DNA of 33,197 nucleotides, taken from the NCBI GenBank assembly GCA_031177555.1, contig JAPSGM010000001.1, positions 1 to 33,197 on the forward strand, read 5' to 3'. Positions 8,354 to 17,186 of the stretch are shown here, in pieces. Source of the stretch: Chloroflexota bacterium (GTDB lineage Bacteria; Chloroflexota; Limnocylindria; QHBO01). Below the pieces are notes generated by a model. It worked only from the letters and a program-made list of their open reading frames with translations, did no database searches and was not told the origin of the DNA. Position 1 is the stretch's first letter. Each line of letters begins with the position of its first letter. A program made the translations under genes and the position numbers.

Positions 8354-9865
8354 CTACCGGGCACCCACCGGCGGCGGTCGGGACACCGCACGTCGCCCGA
8401 CGCCGAGGATCTCGCGGACGAGGTCTCGCTCCACCAGCAGCATGGCCAGGACGAACACCATGGCGCCGGCCAGCACCTCCGCGGCCAGCAGCATGGCCGG
8501 GCTCGCAGGGGCCACCGCCTTGACTGCCGCCACCGCCACGGCCATGGCTGCGGTGGCCAGGGCGGTCCCTCGCAGCTGGGCCAGCATCGCCCCGGCCGGA
8601 ACGCCCGCGTACCTCGAGACCCACGCGAGGTTGAGCGGGATCAAGAGGTATCCGCGTGCGACGAACGCGGCGGCGACGGCGAGGATCCCGATCTGGACCG
8701 CGATCAGGAACCCGACCACGTTCACCACCGTGGTGATGAGCCTGAATCGAAAGACGACGCCGGGGTGCCCGGCGGCGTTCAGCAGGGCGCCGCTGAAGGC
8801 CTGCAGCGTGAGGACCGGACCGATGAGGAACAGGATGCCGGCCACCGGGCCGCTCGGCGCCCAGCGGTCCCCGAAGAGCGTGACGGTGAGCTCGGTCGAG
8901 ACCAGGGCGAGCCCGATGTAGCCGGGCAGGATGATCGCGCCCGCGGCGCGCGTGACGCGAAGGTAGGCGCGACGCATCCGTTCCGGGTCCGACTGGAGGC
9001 GAGAGAAGGCCGGAAAGGTGACCTTGCGCGCCACGTTGACCAGCATCACCTCGGTCACGTCCAGGATGCGGTAGCCGACCGAGTAGAAGCCGAGCGGCGT
9101 GGTGCCGAGGAATGAGCCGATGAGCAGGTTGTCGACGTTCCGGCTCGCGAAGTTCAGGATGTCCGAGCCCAGGATGTTCACCCCGAAGCGGAAGAGCTCC
9201 CGGAACGTGTCCCACGAGTAGTCTCGACCTGGACGCCATGGGCTGACCGCCCATAACAGGACCATCGACACGAATGCGCCGGCCACCTGCTGCCCGACGA
9301 GGGACCACACGCCGAATCCGAGGAAGGCCATGGCGATGCCCACCGCCCCGCCGGCCGCGATCCCGCCGAGGGCCCGCATGGCCAGCGCCCGGAAGTTCAG
9401 GCTGCGCCGCAGGAGCGCAATCTGGATGCTGCCGAGCGCGGACAGCAGGAACGTGCCGGAGAGGACCTGCAGGATCGGCTGCAGGTCGGGCTCCCCCAAC
9501 AGGAAGGCGATGGGGATGGCGAGAAGGATGCCGGCCAGCGCCAGCAGCCCGCCCGTGCTGAGCGCGACCCAGAACGCGGTGTCGATATGCCGCCGGGTGA
9601 GAACTGGTCGCTGGATGAGCGCATCGCCCAGGCCCTGGTCCACGACCAGCTGGGCCAGGTTGACGAACACCGCGGCCAGCGCCACCAGGCCGAAGTCGTC
9701 CGGGACGAGCAGCCGGGCGAGAACGACGAAGATCGTCAGGTTGAGAAGCTGACGACCCCACGTGTGGATGAAGGTCCACGTCAGGCCGCGGGCTATCTGA
9801 CCCCCAAGCCCGGACTCTCCCGGCTCGCCCGGAGCCGGCCCGAGGCCCTCCGCACGGTCAGGCAA
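8354..9865 (-). CDS. wzx: Wzx-type polysaccharide flippase (MOP superfamily)
   Basis: 503 aa with a TTG start and about 14 hydrophobic helices. The N-terminal block LNLTIFVVLARLLVPDDFGLVALAAVF...GLGDALIQR is typical of polysaccharide-biosynthesis flippases. Confidence 0.85.
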   Translation of the reverse strand: MPDRAEGLGPAPGEPGESGLGGQIARGLTWTFIHTWGRQLLNLTIFVVLARLLVPDDFGLVALAAVFVNLAQLVVDQGLGDALIQRPVLTRRHIDTAFWVALSTGGLLALAGILLAIPIAFLLGEPDLQPILQVLSGTFLLSALGSIQIALLRRSLNFRALAMRALGGIAAGGAVGIAMAFLGFGVWSLVGQQVAGAFVSMVLLWAVSPWRPGRDYSWDTFRELFRFGVNILGSDILNFASRNVDNLLIGSFLGTTPLGFYSVGYRILDVTEVMLVNVARKVTFPAFSRLQSDPERMRRAYLRVTRAAGAIILPGYIGLALVSTELTVTLFGDRWAPSGPVAGILFLIGPVLTLQAFSGALLNAAGHPGVVFRFRLITTVVNVVGFLIAVQIGILAVAAAFVARGYLLIPLNLAWVSRYAGVPAGAMLAQLRGTALATAAMAVAVAAVKAVAPASPAMLLAAEVLAGAMVFVLAMLLVERDLVREILGVGRRAVSRPPPVGAR

Positions 9866-9898
9866 GGAGGTGCCGGCACGTGGCGGCGCCCGATCCGG

Positions 9899-10828
9899 TC
9901 ATGGCGACACCCAGTGCGTCAGGTCGCGGTCGACCATCTCCGACAGGCGCGCGACCTCGGGCCTGAGCTCGTCCGCCAGCCGGGCCCTAAGCTCCGGATC
10001 GACACCGTCGCGCGGGACGCGGGTGCTGTTGAGCCGCAGCAGCGCATCGCGGGCGCGGTGCACGATGGCGTAGCGCCGAAGGCGAGGGATGAGCGGCCGC
10101 AGAAGCGGCGGATTCCAGATCAGCCGCTGGAACCAGCCGGCGCGCACCCGCTTGTTCTCGTTCCGTGGACCCAGGTCGACCGGCACGCCCGGGTCGACCC
10201 CCAGGAACTCGAGCAGCCGGCGGTACACGCCGGCGGTGTCGTCCCGGAAGTCATCGAAGATGATCACGTGCACGCGATCCCGTCCGAAGACCGACAGGTA
10301 TCGGTCGAGCTGCTCCGAGAAGCGGACCATGCGCCGGTAGAGGAGGTTCTCGGGACGGATCGGTCCCGGCGGCAGCCGCCGGCCGGCGGCCCGTTCCGGT
10401 TCGGCGGCGAGCGCGTCCCCGAAATCGCGCAGCGTTTCCTGGCGGTTGAACAGCAGCTGGCTGTGCTGGGCATGCATCACGTCGATGGGGTTGCGCAGCA
10501 TCACGACGATGCGCGCGCCGGGGATCGCCGCGTGGATCTCCTCGGCCGCGCAGGCTGAGTACAGGTACCACGCCGACGCCTCTCCCTTCAGGGCGCCGAT
10601 GGGCGCGTCGTCGAAGAGTGCGCGATACTCCTCCTCGGTCATCGGGCCGTATCGTGAGGTCAGGTCGGAGCCGAAGAACAGCGGCTCCTTGATGAACGGC
10701 ATGAACACGTCCGGGTGCTGCCGAAGGTAGTCGTACATGGCGGTCGTGCCACATTTCGGGGCGCCGACGATGAGGAAGTCGGGCAGATCGCCACCCGGGC
10801 GTCGAGTCATCGGGCACGAGTATGCCAC
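9899..10828 (-). CDS. Sulfotransferase-domain protein (paralogue of 4279-5229)
   Basis: 309 aa from GTG 10828; ATG 10810 is an alternative start. It carries FLIVGAPKCGTTAMYDYLRQHPDVFMP and VVMLRNPIDVMHAQHSQ. It aligns with 4279-5229 along the whole length, including the C-terminal DPELRARLADEL...RDL.HW. Confidence 0.9.
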   Translation of the reverse strand: MAYSCPMTRRPGGDLPDFLIVGAPKCGTTAMYDYLRQHPDVFMPFIKEPLFFGSDLTSRYGPMTEEEYRALFDDAPIGALKGEASAWYLYSACAAEEIHAAIPGARIVVMLRNPIDVMHAQHSQLLFNRQETLRDFGDALAAEPERAAGRRLPPGPIRPENLLYRRMVRFSEQLDRYLSVFGRDRVHVIIFDDFRDDTAGVYRRLLEFLGVDPGVPVDLGPRNENKRVRAGWFQRLIWNPPLLRPLIPRLRRYAIVHRARDALLRLNSTRVPRDGVDPELRARLADELRPEVARLSEMVDRDLTHWVSP

Positions 10829-10892
10829 CGTGCCAGCCCGGGGGCTGTCAGACTAGCGCCGCCATTGGCGACGCGTGCGGAGGAACGTTTCG

Positions 10893-12203
10893 TTGAAGAT
10901 CGCGATCATCGGGCTGGGGTATGTGGGCGCCGTCACCGCGGCGTGCCTCGCGGACCTGGGCCGGGCCGTCATCGGCGTCGACCAGGACGCGACGAAGGCC
11001 GATGCGATTGCGGGCGGCCGCTCCCCGATCGCCGAGCCGGGCCTGGACGAGCTGCTGGCGGCCGGCGTTGCCGCGGGCTCCATCGAGGTGGGGTCGGTCG
11101 CGACCGCCGTGCCGGCCGCGGACGTGATCATGATCACGGTCGGCACGCCATCGGCTCGAACCGGGGCGCTCGACCTCACCGCCGTCCTTCGCGTCGCCGA
11201 GGAGATCGGTGCGGCGCTGCCGCGCGACGGTCGCATCCGCACCGTCGTGGTCCGCAGCACCGTGCTCCCGACGACCACCGAGGAGCTCGTCGGACCGGCT
11301 ATCGAGCGCGCTTCGGGCATGGCGGCCGGCAGCGACTTCGGGTTGGCCATGAATCCCGAGTTCCTGCGCGAGGGTTCGAGCATCCGCGACTTCTACGAGG
11401 CGTCGCGGACGATCATCGGCGCCGGCGACGAGCGCTCGGCGCAGCAGGTGCGTGCCGCCTACGAGGGGCTCGCGGCGCCGGTCGAGGTCGTTTCCATCCG
11501 GACCGCCGAGATGGTCAAGTACACCGACAACGCCTTCCACGCCACGAAGATCGCGTTCGCGAACGAGATCGCCAGCTTCGCCCGGGCCTTCGGGCTGGAT
11601 GGGCGCGAGACGATGCGCCTGATGGTCTCCGACGAGCGCCTGAACATCTCGCCGGCCTACCTGCGCCCCGGCTACGCGTTCGGTGGCTCGTGCCTCCCCA
11701 AGGACCTGCGCGCGCTCACCGACCGCGCGCGCAAATCGGACGTCGACCTTCCGCTGCTCGATGCCGCGCTTGCGAGCAACGCGGCCCACTTCGAACGCGG
11801 GGTCCGGCTCGTCGAGGACGCTGGCCACCGCGACGTCGCGCTGCTCGGCCTGAGCTTCAAGGCCGGCACCGATGATCTCCGCGAGTCGCCGGCCGTGGCG
11901 CTGGCCGAGCGGCTGCTGGGGCGCGGCTACTCGCTGGCCATCTACGACCCCGACGTCTCGCCGGCGACGCTGCGCGGTGCCAACCTGACCTTCATCCAGC
12001 AGCACCTGCCCCATCTCGTGCAGCTCCTGACCGACGACGTCGAGGCCGCGGTGGCCGGCGCCGACACGGTCGTGATCGCGAAGGGATCGGTCGCCGTCGA
12101 TCGGCTCGCCGCGCTCCTCCGCCCCGAGCAGACCGTCGTGGACCTGGTCGGCTGCGACGAGGTCGCGGTCGGCCCGGCCCGCTACCTCGGGATCGGCTGG
12201 TGA
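10893..12203 (+). CDS. Nucleotide-sugar 6-dehydrogenase, most like GDP-mannose 6-dehydrogenase (AlgD type)
   Basis: Track ORF 10875-12203. I moved the start to TTG 10893, with GGAGGA at 10879-10884 and an 8-nt spacer. This gives MKIAIIGLGYVGAV and 436 aa. It carries the catalytic GYAFGGSCLPKDLRAL plus VVVRSTVLP, NPEFLREG and LLGLSFKAGTDDLRESP. From memory these blocks fit AlgD better than Ugd, so the substrate call is tentative. Confidence 0.9.
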   Translation: MKIAIIGLGYVGAVTAACLADLGRAVIGVDQDATKADAIAGGRSPIAEPGLDELLAAGVAAGSIEVGSVATAVPAADVIMITVGTPSARTGALDLTAVLRVAEEIGAALPRDGRIRTVVVRSTVLPTTTEELVGPAIERASGMAAGSDFGLAMNPEFLREGSSIRDFYEASRTIIGAGDERSAQQVRAAYEGLAAPVEVVSIRTAEMVKYTDNAFHATKIAFANEIASFARAFGLDGRETMRLMVSDERLNISPAYLRPGYAFGGSCLPKDLRALTDRARKSDVDLPLLDAALASNAAHFERGVRLVEDAGHRDVALLGLSFKAGTDDLRESPAVALAERLLGRGYSLAIYDPDVSPATLRGANLTFIQQHLPHLVQLLTDDVEAAVAGADTVVIAKGSVAVDRLAALLRPEQTVVDLVGCDEVAVGPARYLGIGW

Positions 12204-12219
12204 CCGGCCGCAGCCCGAC

Positions 12220-14370
12220 ATGTACCCCGGAGCCAGCGCGCGCCCAGCGCATTCCCACGGCGTGAGATCCGCCCAGTCCCCACCGGACTCGCTGCGCCCT
12301 GCCCCTCCGGGATCGGGTCCCGGCGAGGAGTCGGCCTGGGACACCGCGGTCTCGACGACCGGGCCCGCCCATTTCCGGCCGGACATCGAGGGCCTGCGGG
12401 CCGTCGCCATCCTGGCCGTGCTGGCGTACCACGCTCGACTGCCATGGATCACCGGCGGCTTCGTGGGCGTCGACGTCTTCTTCGTGATCTCCGGCTTCCT
12501 CATCACCGGGCTGCTCCTGCGGGAGTTCAGCGCCAGCGGCCGCATCGACCTGCCGGCGTTCTACGCCCGCCGGGCGCGGCGGCTCCTTCCGGCGGCCCTG
12601 GTCGTCATCGCCGTAACGGTGCTCGCGTCGGCCCTGATCGTCTCGCCGGTGATCTTCCCGTCCATCGCCGGTGACGGGGCGGCGGCGGCGCTGTACGTCT
12701 CGAACTACCGCTTCGCCCTGAGCGCGACGGACTATTTCGCCGCAGAGGGCGCTCCGTCACCGCTGCTGCACTACTGGTCGCTGGCGGTGGAGGAGCAGTT
12801 CTACCTCTTCTGGCCGCTGCTGATCCTGGTGGGTGCCCGCTACCTGTCGGTCCGCCGGCTGTGGATCCTGGTGGCCGCAGTGGGCCTCGCCTCGTTGGTC
12901 GCATCGGTGGTCATGACGAACGTGGAGGCGCCATGGGCGTTCTATTCGCTGCCGACGAGGGCGTGGCAGCTCGCCCTCGGGGGCCTGGTGGCGCTCGGCG
13001 TCCTGGCGCTCCCGGAACGCTGGCCGGCGCACGCGGCCTCGGCGCTGGGCGCGGTCGGCATGCTGGTGATCGTCGCTTCCGTGGTGCTGATCAACGACAC
13101 GACGCCCTTCCCCGGCCTGGCGGCGCTGGCGCCGGCCATCGGCACCGCGTCGCTGATCGTCGCCGGTGAGAAGGCCTCGGCCGTGCCCGCCAGGCTGCTG
13201 GCCATGTCGATACCGCGCTGGTTCGGCCGCATCTCGTATTCGCTGTACCTGTGGCACTGGCCCCTGCTGATCCTCGTTCCAGTCGCGTTGAGCCGCGATG
13301 GACCCCGGCTGCGGATCGCCCTGGCCGTGGCGGCCATCGTGCTGGCGGCGCTCAGCACGCGCTTCATCGAGCGGCCGTTTCGCACCGGATGGGCGGCTCG
13401 GCACACCAGCCGCTGGACGCTGGCGGGGGCCGGGGCGATGTCGGTGCTCGTGGCCGTGTCGGCGGTGACCGCCGGCGGGAACCTGGCGACCCCCAGCGAC
13501 GGCGAACCGCTTCCCTCGCTGCCACCGGCCGACACCCGCCCCGAGCTGCCCCGGGGCCTCTTCTCGGGACCCGTGCCCGCCGACCTGCAGCCGCCGTTGC
13601 TGGGAGCGCTGGACGACAAGGCGAGCGTGATGGTGGACGGTTGCCGCGCCGGCTTCCCGCAATCGGAGCCCAGGGACTGCGTCTATGGCAATCCCGACTC
13701 GCCCACCACGGTCGTCCTGTTCGGTGACTCGCACGCCGCCATGTGGCAGCCCGCCATCGAGCGCATCGCGCTCGACCGTGACTGGCGGATCGTGGCGCTC
13801 ATCAAGCCCGCCTGCCCACCGGTCGACGTCGTGTCGTGGTCCAGGCGCCTGAAGCGTGAGTTCACCGAGTGCCACGAATGGCGCGACCTGGCCATCCAGC
13901 GGATCGCATCCATTCGCCCGAGCATCACCTTCGTGGCATCGGCGAAGGACCACGCCATCCTTAGCGCGCGTGGCAAGCGCGTGATCGGGACGGACAAGCG
14001 CGCTTGGAAGGAGGGCCTGGAAGCGGTGCTGGTACGGCTGCGCGAGGCGAGCGAGCGGGTCGTCCTCATCGGTGAAGTGCCGCATCTCGAGATCGACGCG
14101 CTCGATTGCCTGGCCGAGCATCGCACGCTCGACCCGTGCGTGGTGATGGGCGCCGATGTCATCGACGAGCCGTACGAGCGGGTCGAGCGCCGCGCCGCCC
14201 GGCGGGCCGGCGTGCAGTGGATGAGGACGACGCGGTGGATCTGCCCCGGTCAGCGCTGCCCGATGGTGAGGGGCAACTACCTGGTGTATCGCGATCGCGA
14301 CCACCTCACCGCGACGTTCGCCGGCGTGCTGGCCGCCAACGTCCGCTGGGCACTGGATCATCCGCAGTGA
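12220..14370 (+). CDS. OafA/YrhL-type membrane acyltransferase (Acyl_transf_3) fused to a C-terminal SGNH domain
   Basis: 716 aa. RPDIEGLRAVAILAVLAYHA...GFVGVDVFFVISGFLITG is followed by about 10 TM helices. The C-terminal domain has VVLFGDSHAAMW (SGNH block I). The start is uncertain: ATG 12220 has no SD, and GTG 12262 is an alternative. Confidence 0.85.
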   Translation: MYPGASARPAHSHGVRSAQSPPDSLRPAPPGSGPGEESAWDTAVSTTGPAHFRPDIEGLRAVAILAVLAYHARLPWITGGFVGVDVFFVISGFLITGLLLREFSASGRIDLPAFYARRARRLLPAALVVIAVTVLASALIVSPVIFPSIAGDGAAAALYVSNYRFALSATDYFAAEGAPSPLLHYWSLAVEEQFYLFWPLLILVGARYLSVRRLWILVAAVGLASLVASVVMTNVEAPWAFYSLPTRAWQLALGGLVALGVLALPERWPAHAASALGAVGMLVIVASVVLINDTTPFPGLAALAPAIGTASLIVAGEKASAVPARLLAMSIPRWFGRISYSLYLWHWPLLILVPVALSRDGPRLRIALAVAAIVLAALSTRFIERPFRTGWAARHTSRWTLAGAGAMSVLVAVSAVTAGGNLATPSDGEPLPSLPPADTRPELPRGLFSGPVPADLQPPLLGALDDKASVMVDGCRAGFPQSEPRDCVYGNPDSPTTVVLFGDSHAAMWQPAIERIALDRDWRIVALIKPACPPVDVVSWSRRLKREFTECHEWRDLAIQRIASIRPSITFVASAKDHAILSARGKRVIGTDKRAWKEGLEAVLVRLREASERVVLIGEVPHLEIDALDCLAEHRTLDPCVVMGADVIDEPYERVERRAARRAGVQWMRTTRWICPGQRCPMVRGNYLVYRDRDHLTATFAGVLAANVRWALDHPQ

Positions 14371-15635
14371 GGCGTCGAGCGCTGATCCTGGTCGAGGACC
14401 TCCCGGTGCCGTTCGACCGACGCGTGTGGGCCGAGGCCGGCACGCTGCGGGATGCGGGCTGGCGGGTCACCGTCGTCTGCCCGCGAGGCGCGGGCGCCCG
14501 CCGCTGGCATGAGCGCATCGACGGCATCGAGGTCTTCCGCTACCCGCTGCCCACCACCGCCGCGGGGCTGCTGAACCACGTCATCGAGTACGCGGTGGCC
14601 GTTCCGGCCACGCTGCTGCTTTCGCTGCTTGCCTGGCGCGGCCGGCGGTTCGACGTGGTGCATGCCTGCAACCCGCCCGACTTCCTGTTCCCCATCGGCT
14701 GGGTCTTCCGGCGGCTCGGCTCCGCCTTCGTCTTCGATCAGCACGACCTGGCCCCTGAGGTGTACGTGGCGCAGGGTGGCCGCAGGGGAGGGCCGGTCCA
14801 TCGGTTCCTGCTGTGGTGCGAGGGACGCACCTACCGTCTTGCCGATGCGGTGATCGCCACCAACGAGACCTATCGGCGCTTCGCCCTGGAGCGGGGCGGG
14901 GTGGCGCCGGACCGCATCTTCGTGGTCCGATCGTCCCCCGACCCGCGACGGATCTTCCGCGAGGAGCCCAGCCCGGCGCTGAAGCGTGGCCGCCCATTCC
15001 TGGTGACCTACCTGGGCACGATGGGACCGCAGGACGGCGCGGACCTGTTCGTGCACGCCGCGCGGGCAGTGCTGGACGCCCGGCCGGGAGCCGTTCGCTT
15101 CTTGGCCATGGGCGGCGGCAACCAGCTCGACGCGCTGCAGGCCCTCGCGACCGAGCTGGGCCTCTCCGCCGGGGATCTCCACTTCACCGGCAGGATCCCG
15201 GACGCCGAGGTGCGTCGCGTGCTGTCGTCCGCGGACGTCGCCATCAGCCCGGACCCTGCCAACGGGTTCAACGAGTTCTGCACCATGAACAAGACGCTGG
15301 AGTACATGGCCCTGGGCGTGCCGGTCGTGGCCTTCGACCTGGAGGAGACGCGGGTCAGTGCGGACGGCGCCGCGGCCTACGCGGCCCCCAACGACCCGCG
15401 CGGCCTCGCCGAGCTGGTGGTCGAGCTCCTCGACGATCCCCGGCGCCGCGCGGAGATGGGCCGCATCGGCCTGGAACGGCTCGCCGGCCCGCTGGCCTGG
15501 GATCGGTCGGCCGAGAACCTGAGAATCGCCTACGACGCGGCGCTGTCCCTGCGAGCCGGCGGCCAGCCCGTCCGGCCGGACGAGGAGGGCGTCGTGGCCG
15601 ACGACAGGCTGTCAGCGGCTAGGATGCGCCGGTGA
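14367..15635 (+). CDS. Glycosyltransferase family 4 (GT-B)
   Basis: This is the in-frame 3' part of ORF 14106-15635. I set the start to GTG 14367, which overlaps the acyltransferase stop (GTGA). It carries ALILVEDLPVPFDRR, FVFDQHDL, LGTMGPQDGADL and NEFCTMNKTLEYMALGVPVVAF. Confidence 0.88.
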   Translation: MRRRALILVEDLPVPFDRRVWAEAGTLRDAGWRVTVVCPRGAGARRWHERIDGIEVFRYPLPTTAAGLLNHVIEYAVAVPATLLLSLLAWRGRRFDVVHACNPPDFLFPIGWVFRRLGSAFVFDQHDLAPEVYVAQGGRRGGPVHRFLLWCEGRTYRLADAVIATNETYRRFALERGGVAPDRIFVVRSSPDPRRIFREEPSPALKRGRPFLVTYLGTMGPQDGADLFVHAARAVLDARPGAVRFLAMGGGNQLDALQALATELGLSAGDLHFTGRIPDAEVRRVLSSADVAISPDPANGFNEFCTMNKTLEYMALGVPVVAFDLEETRVSADGAAAYAAPNDPRGLAELVVELLDDPRRRAEMGRIGLERLAGPLAWDRSAENLRIAYDAALSLRAGGQPVRPDEEGVVADDRLSAARMRR

Positions 15636-16636
15636 GCTTCCTGGAGCGGCTGCGCGACAATCCCCCGGCTCTCGTCGCGGCGGTGGCGCTGCCGGTGCTG
15701 GTCGTGGTCGGATTCGTCGGCTGGTCCCTGGTGTCGGGGAGCCCTGCCCCGTCACCATCGGTCGTCACGACCGCCTCGCCCACCACGGTCCCAACGCCCA
15801 CGCCGACCCCGGAACCGACGGAGCGCCCCACGCCCACGCCGACCCCGGAACCGACGCCGACGCCTCGGCCCGAGGGGCTCGACGACGGGCGCCTGACGGT
15901 CCTCGTGCTCGGCAGCGACAACGACTCGGTTCGCAACGTCCGCCGAGGCGGCGACTACCTGACCGATGCCATCACCGTCGTCAGCGTCACCGAGAACGGA
16001 CGGCGGCTGGCCCTCTTCTCCCTGCCGCGCGACACCGCGGAGCTGCCCTTGCCGGACGGCGGCACTTGGACCGGCAAGATCAACTCGCTCGCGTTCTTCC
16101 GCGGGCCGGCGGTTACGCGGGACGTGATGAGCCTGCTGCTTGGCATCCGGATCGATCACTACGTCATGATCGATATGGATGACTTCCGCAGCGTGGTGAA
16201 GGCGGTGGGCGGCGTGAAAGTCCGCGTCCCGTACCTGCTCGTCGACAAGCGCTGCGCCATCTCCCCCGGGAAGCAGCATCTCAACCCGCGGGCGGCCCTG
16301 TGCTACGCGCGCCATCGAACCGTCGACAGCGACTACGCCCGCGGCGGTCGGCACCAGCAGCTGCTTGTCCAGCTCATGCGCCGGTTCGCCTCCAGGCAGG
16401 TGGAGCTCGCCCCGCTGGCTCGCAGCCTCGACTCCCTCCGGACCGACATGCCGATGTCCGACCTGCGGGCGTATTCCGACCTGTTGCGGCGCGCGCGACG
16501 CGCCGACGTCAGGCGCGTGGTGCTTGCGCCACCGGCCTACACCACCTTTGCCGGGATTGCCGGCGAGCGCGGCTGGATATCGATCCCGAACATCCCGGCC
16601 ATCCGGGCCACGGTCGCCGACCTGCTCGGTCGCTGA
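15632..16636 (+). CDS. LytR/CpsA/Psr (LCP) family glycopolymer-peptidoglycan ligase, copy 1
   Basis: The GTG start overlaps the GT4 stop (GTGA). The protein has an N-terminal TM helix and a Pro/Thr-rich linker. The catalytic region carries LVLGSDN, TDAITVVSV, LFSLPRDT, GIRIDHYVMIDMDDFRSVVKAVGGV and ALCYARHR. Confidence 0.9.
   Translation: MSFLERLRDNPPALVAAVALPVLVVVGFVGWSLVSGSPAPSPSVVTTASPTTVPTPTPTPEPTERPTPTPTPEPTPTPRPEGLDDGRLTVLVLGSDNDSVRNVRRGGDYLTDAITVVSVTENGRRLALFSLPRDTAELPLPDGGTWTGKINSLAFFRGPAVTRDVMSLLLGIRIDHYVMIDMDDFRSVVKAVGGVKVRVPYLLVDKRCAISPGKQHLNPRAALCYARHRTVDSDYARGGRHQQLLVQLMRRFASRQVELAPLARSLDSLRTDMPMSDLRAYSDLLRRARRADVRRVVLAPPAYTTFAGIAGERGWISIPNIPAIRATVADLLGR
15794..15856 (+). repeat. 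Direct 27-nt repeat (two perfect copies, 36-nt period) encoding the TPTPTPEPT linker of LCP copy 1
   Basis: ACGCCCACGCCGACCCCGGAACCGACG occurs at 15794-15820 and again at 15830-15856, with 9 nt between the copies. Confidence 0.9.
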
Positions 16637-16661
16637 TCCGGCGCCGGCGCATACTCGGGCC

Positions 16662-17186
16662 ATGGACGCAGCGGCGCGGCGGCCCATCGAGGTGACCGTC
16701 GAGATCCCCACGGGCAGCCGCGACAAGTACGAGTACGACCACGTCCGCGGGCGATACGTGGTCGACCACGTGCTCTACTCGAGCGTGCACTACCCGTGCG
16801 ACTACGGCTTCATCGAGGGCAGCCTTGCCGAGGATGGCGATCCGCTGGACGTGCTGATCGTGATCGAGCCCACCTTTCCCGGCTGCGTGGTGCGCGCCCG
16901 GCCCATCGGCGTGCTGGACATGAAGGACGACAAGGGCCACGACTACAAGATCCTGGCGGTGGCGCACGACGACCCGCCCTGGGAGATGGTCGCGGGGCTC
17001 GACGACATCTCGCCGCACCGCCTGCGCGAGATCGAGAACTTCTTCGGAACCTACAAGACCCTCGAAGGCCGGGAGACCGATGTCTCCGGCTGGCTGGGAG
17101 TCGACGAGGCGTGGCGAATCATCGATGCCGCCATGGCCGCCCACGGAGACGAGAGCATCGAGGCCGAGCCGGGGACCTGGCGCTAG
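16662..17186 (+). CDS. ppa: Inorganic pyrophosphatase, family I
   Basis: Starts at ATG 16662 inside track ORF 16365-17186 and encodes 174 aa. It carries EIPTGSRDKYEYD, YPCDYGFI, EDGDPLDVLIV and YKILAV. Confidence 0.93.
   Translation: MDAAARRPIEVTVEIPTGSRDKYEYDHVRGRYVVDHVLYSSVHYPCDYGFIEGSLAEDGDPLDVLIVIEPTFPGCVVRARPIGVLDMKDDKGHDYKILAVAHDDPPWEMVAGLDDISPHRLREIENFFGTYKTLEGRETDVSGWLGVDEAWRIIDAAMAAHGDESIEAEPGTWR

Noticed and set aside
8238-9779. 513-aa ORF overlapping the Wzx gene in another minus-strand frame
   Set aside because: The product is an Arg/Pro/Gly-rich low-complexity translation. The 8354-9865 frame gives a coherent 14-TM flippase.
9864-10073. Strong plus-strand AAGGAGGTG sequence and a 67-aa ORF (9870-10073)
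   Set aside because: The GTG is contiguous with the SD-like sequence, leaving no spacer. The ORF is antisense to a well-supported sulfotransferase and encodes Ser/Arg-rich low-complexity sequence.
10848-12545. 565-aa ORF antisense to the sugar-nucleotide dehydrogenase
   Set aside because: It has no motifs and lies antisense to a frame with unmistakable Rossmann and catalytic-Cys blocks.
12757-14361. 534-aa ORF antisense to the acyltransferase-SGNH gene
   Set aside because: It is a shadow ORF, rich in R/G/P/Q/H and lacking hydrophobic-core patterning.
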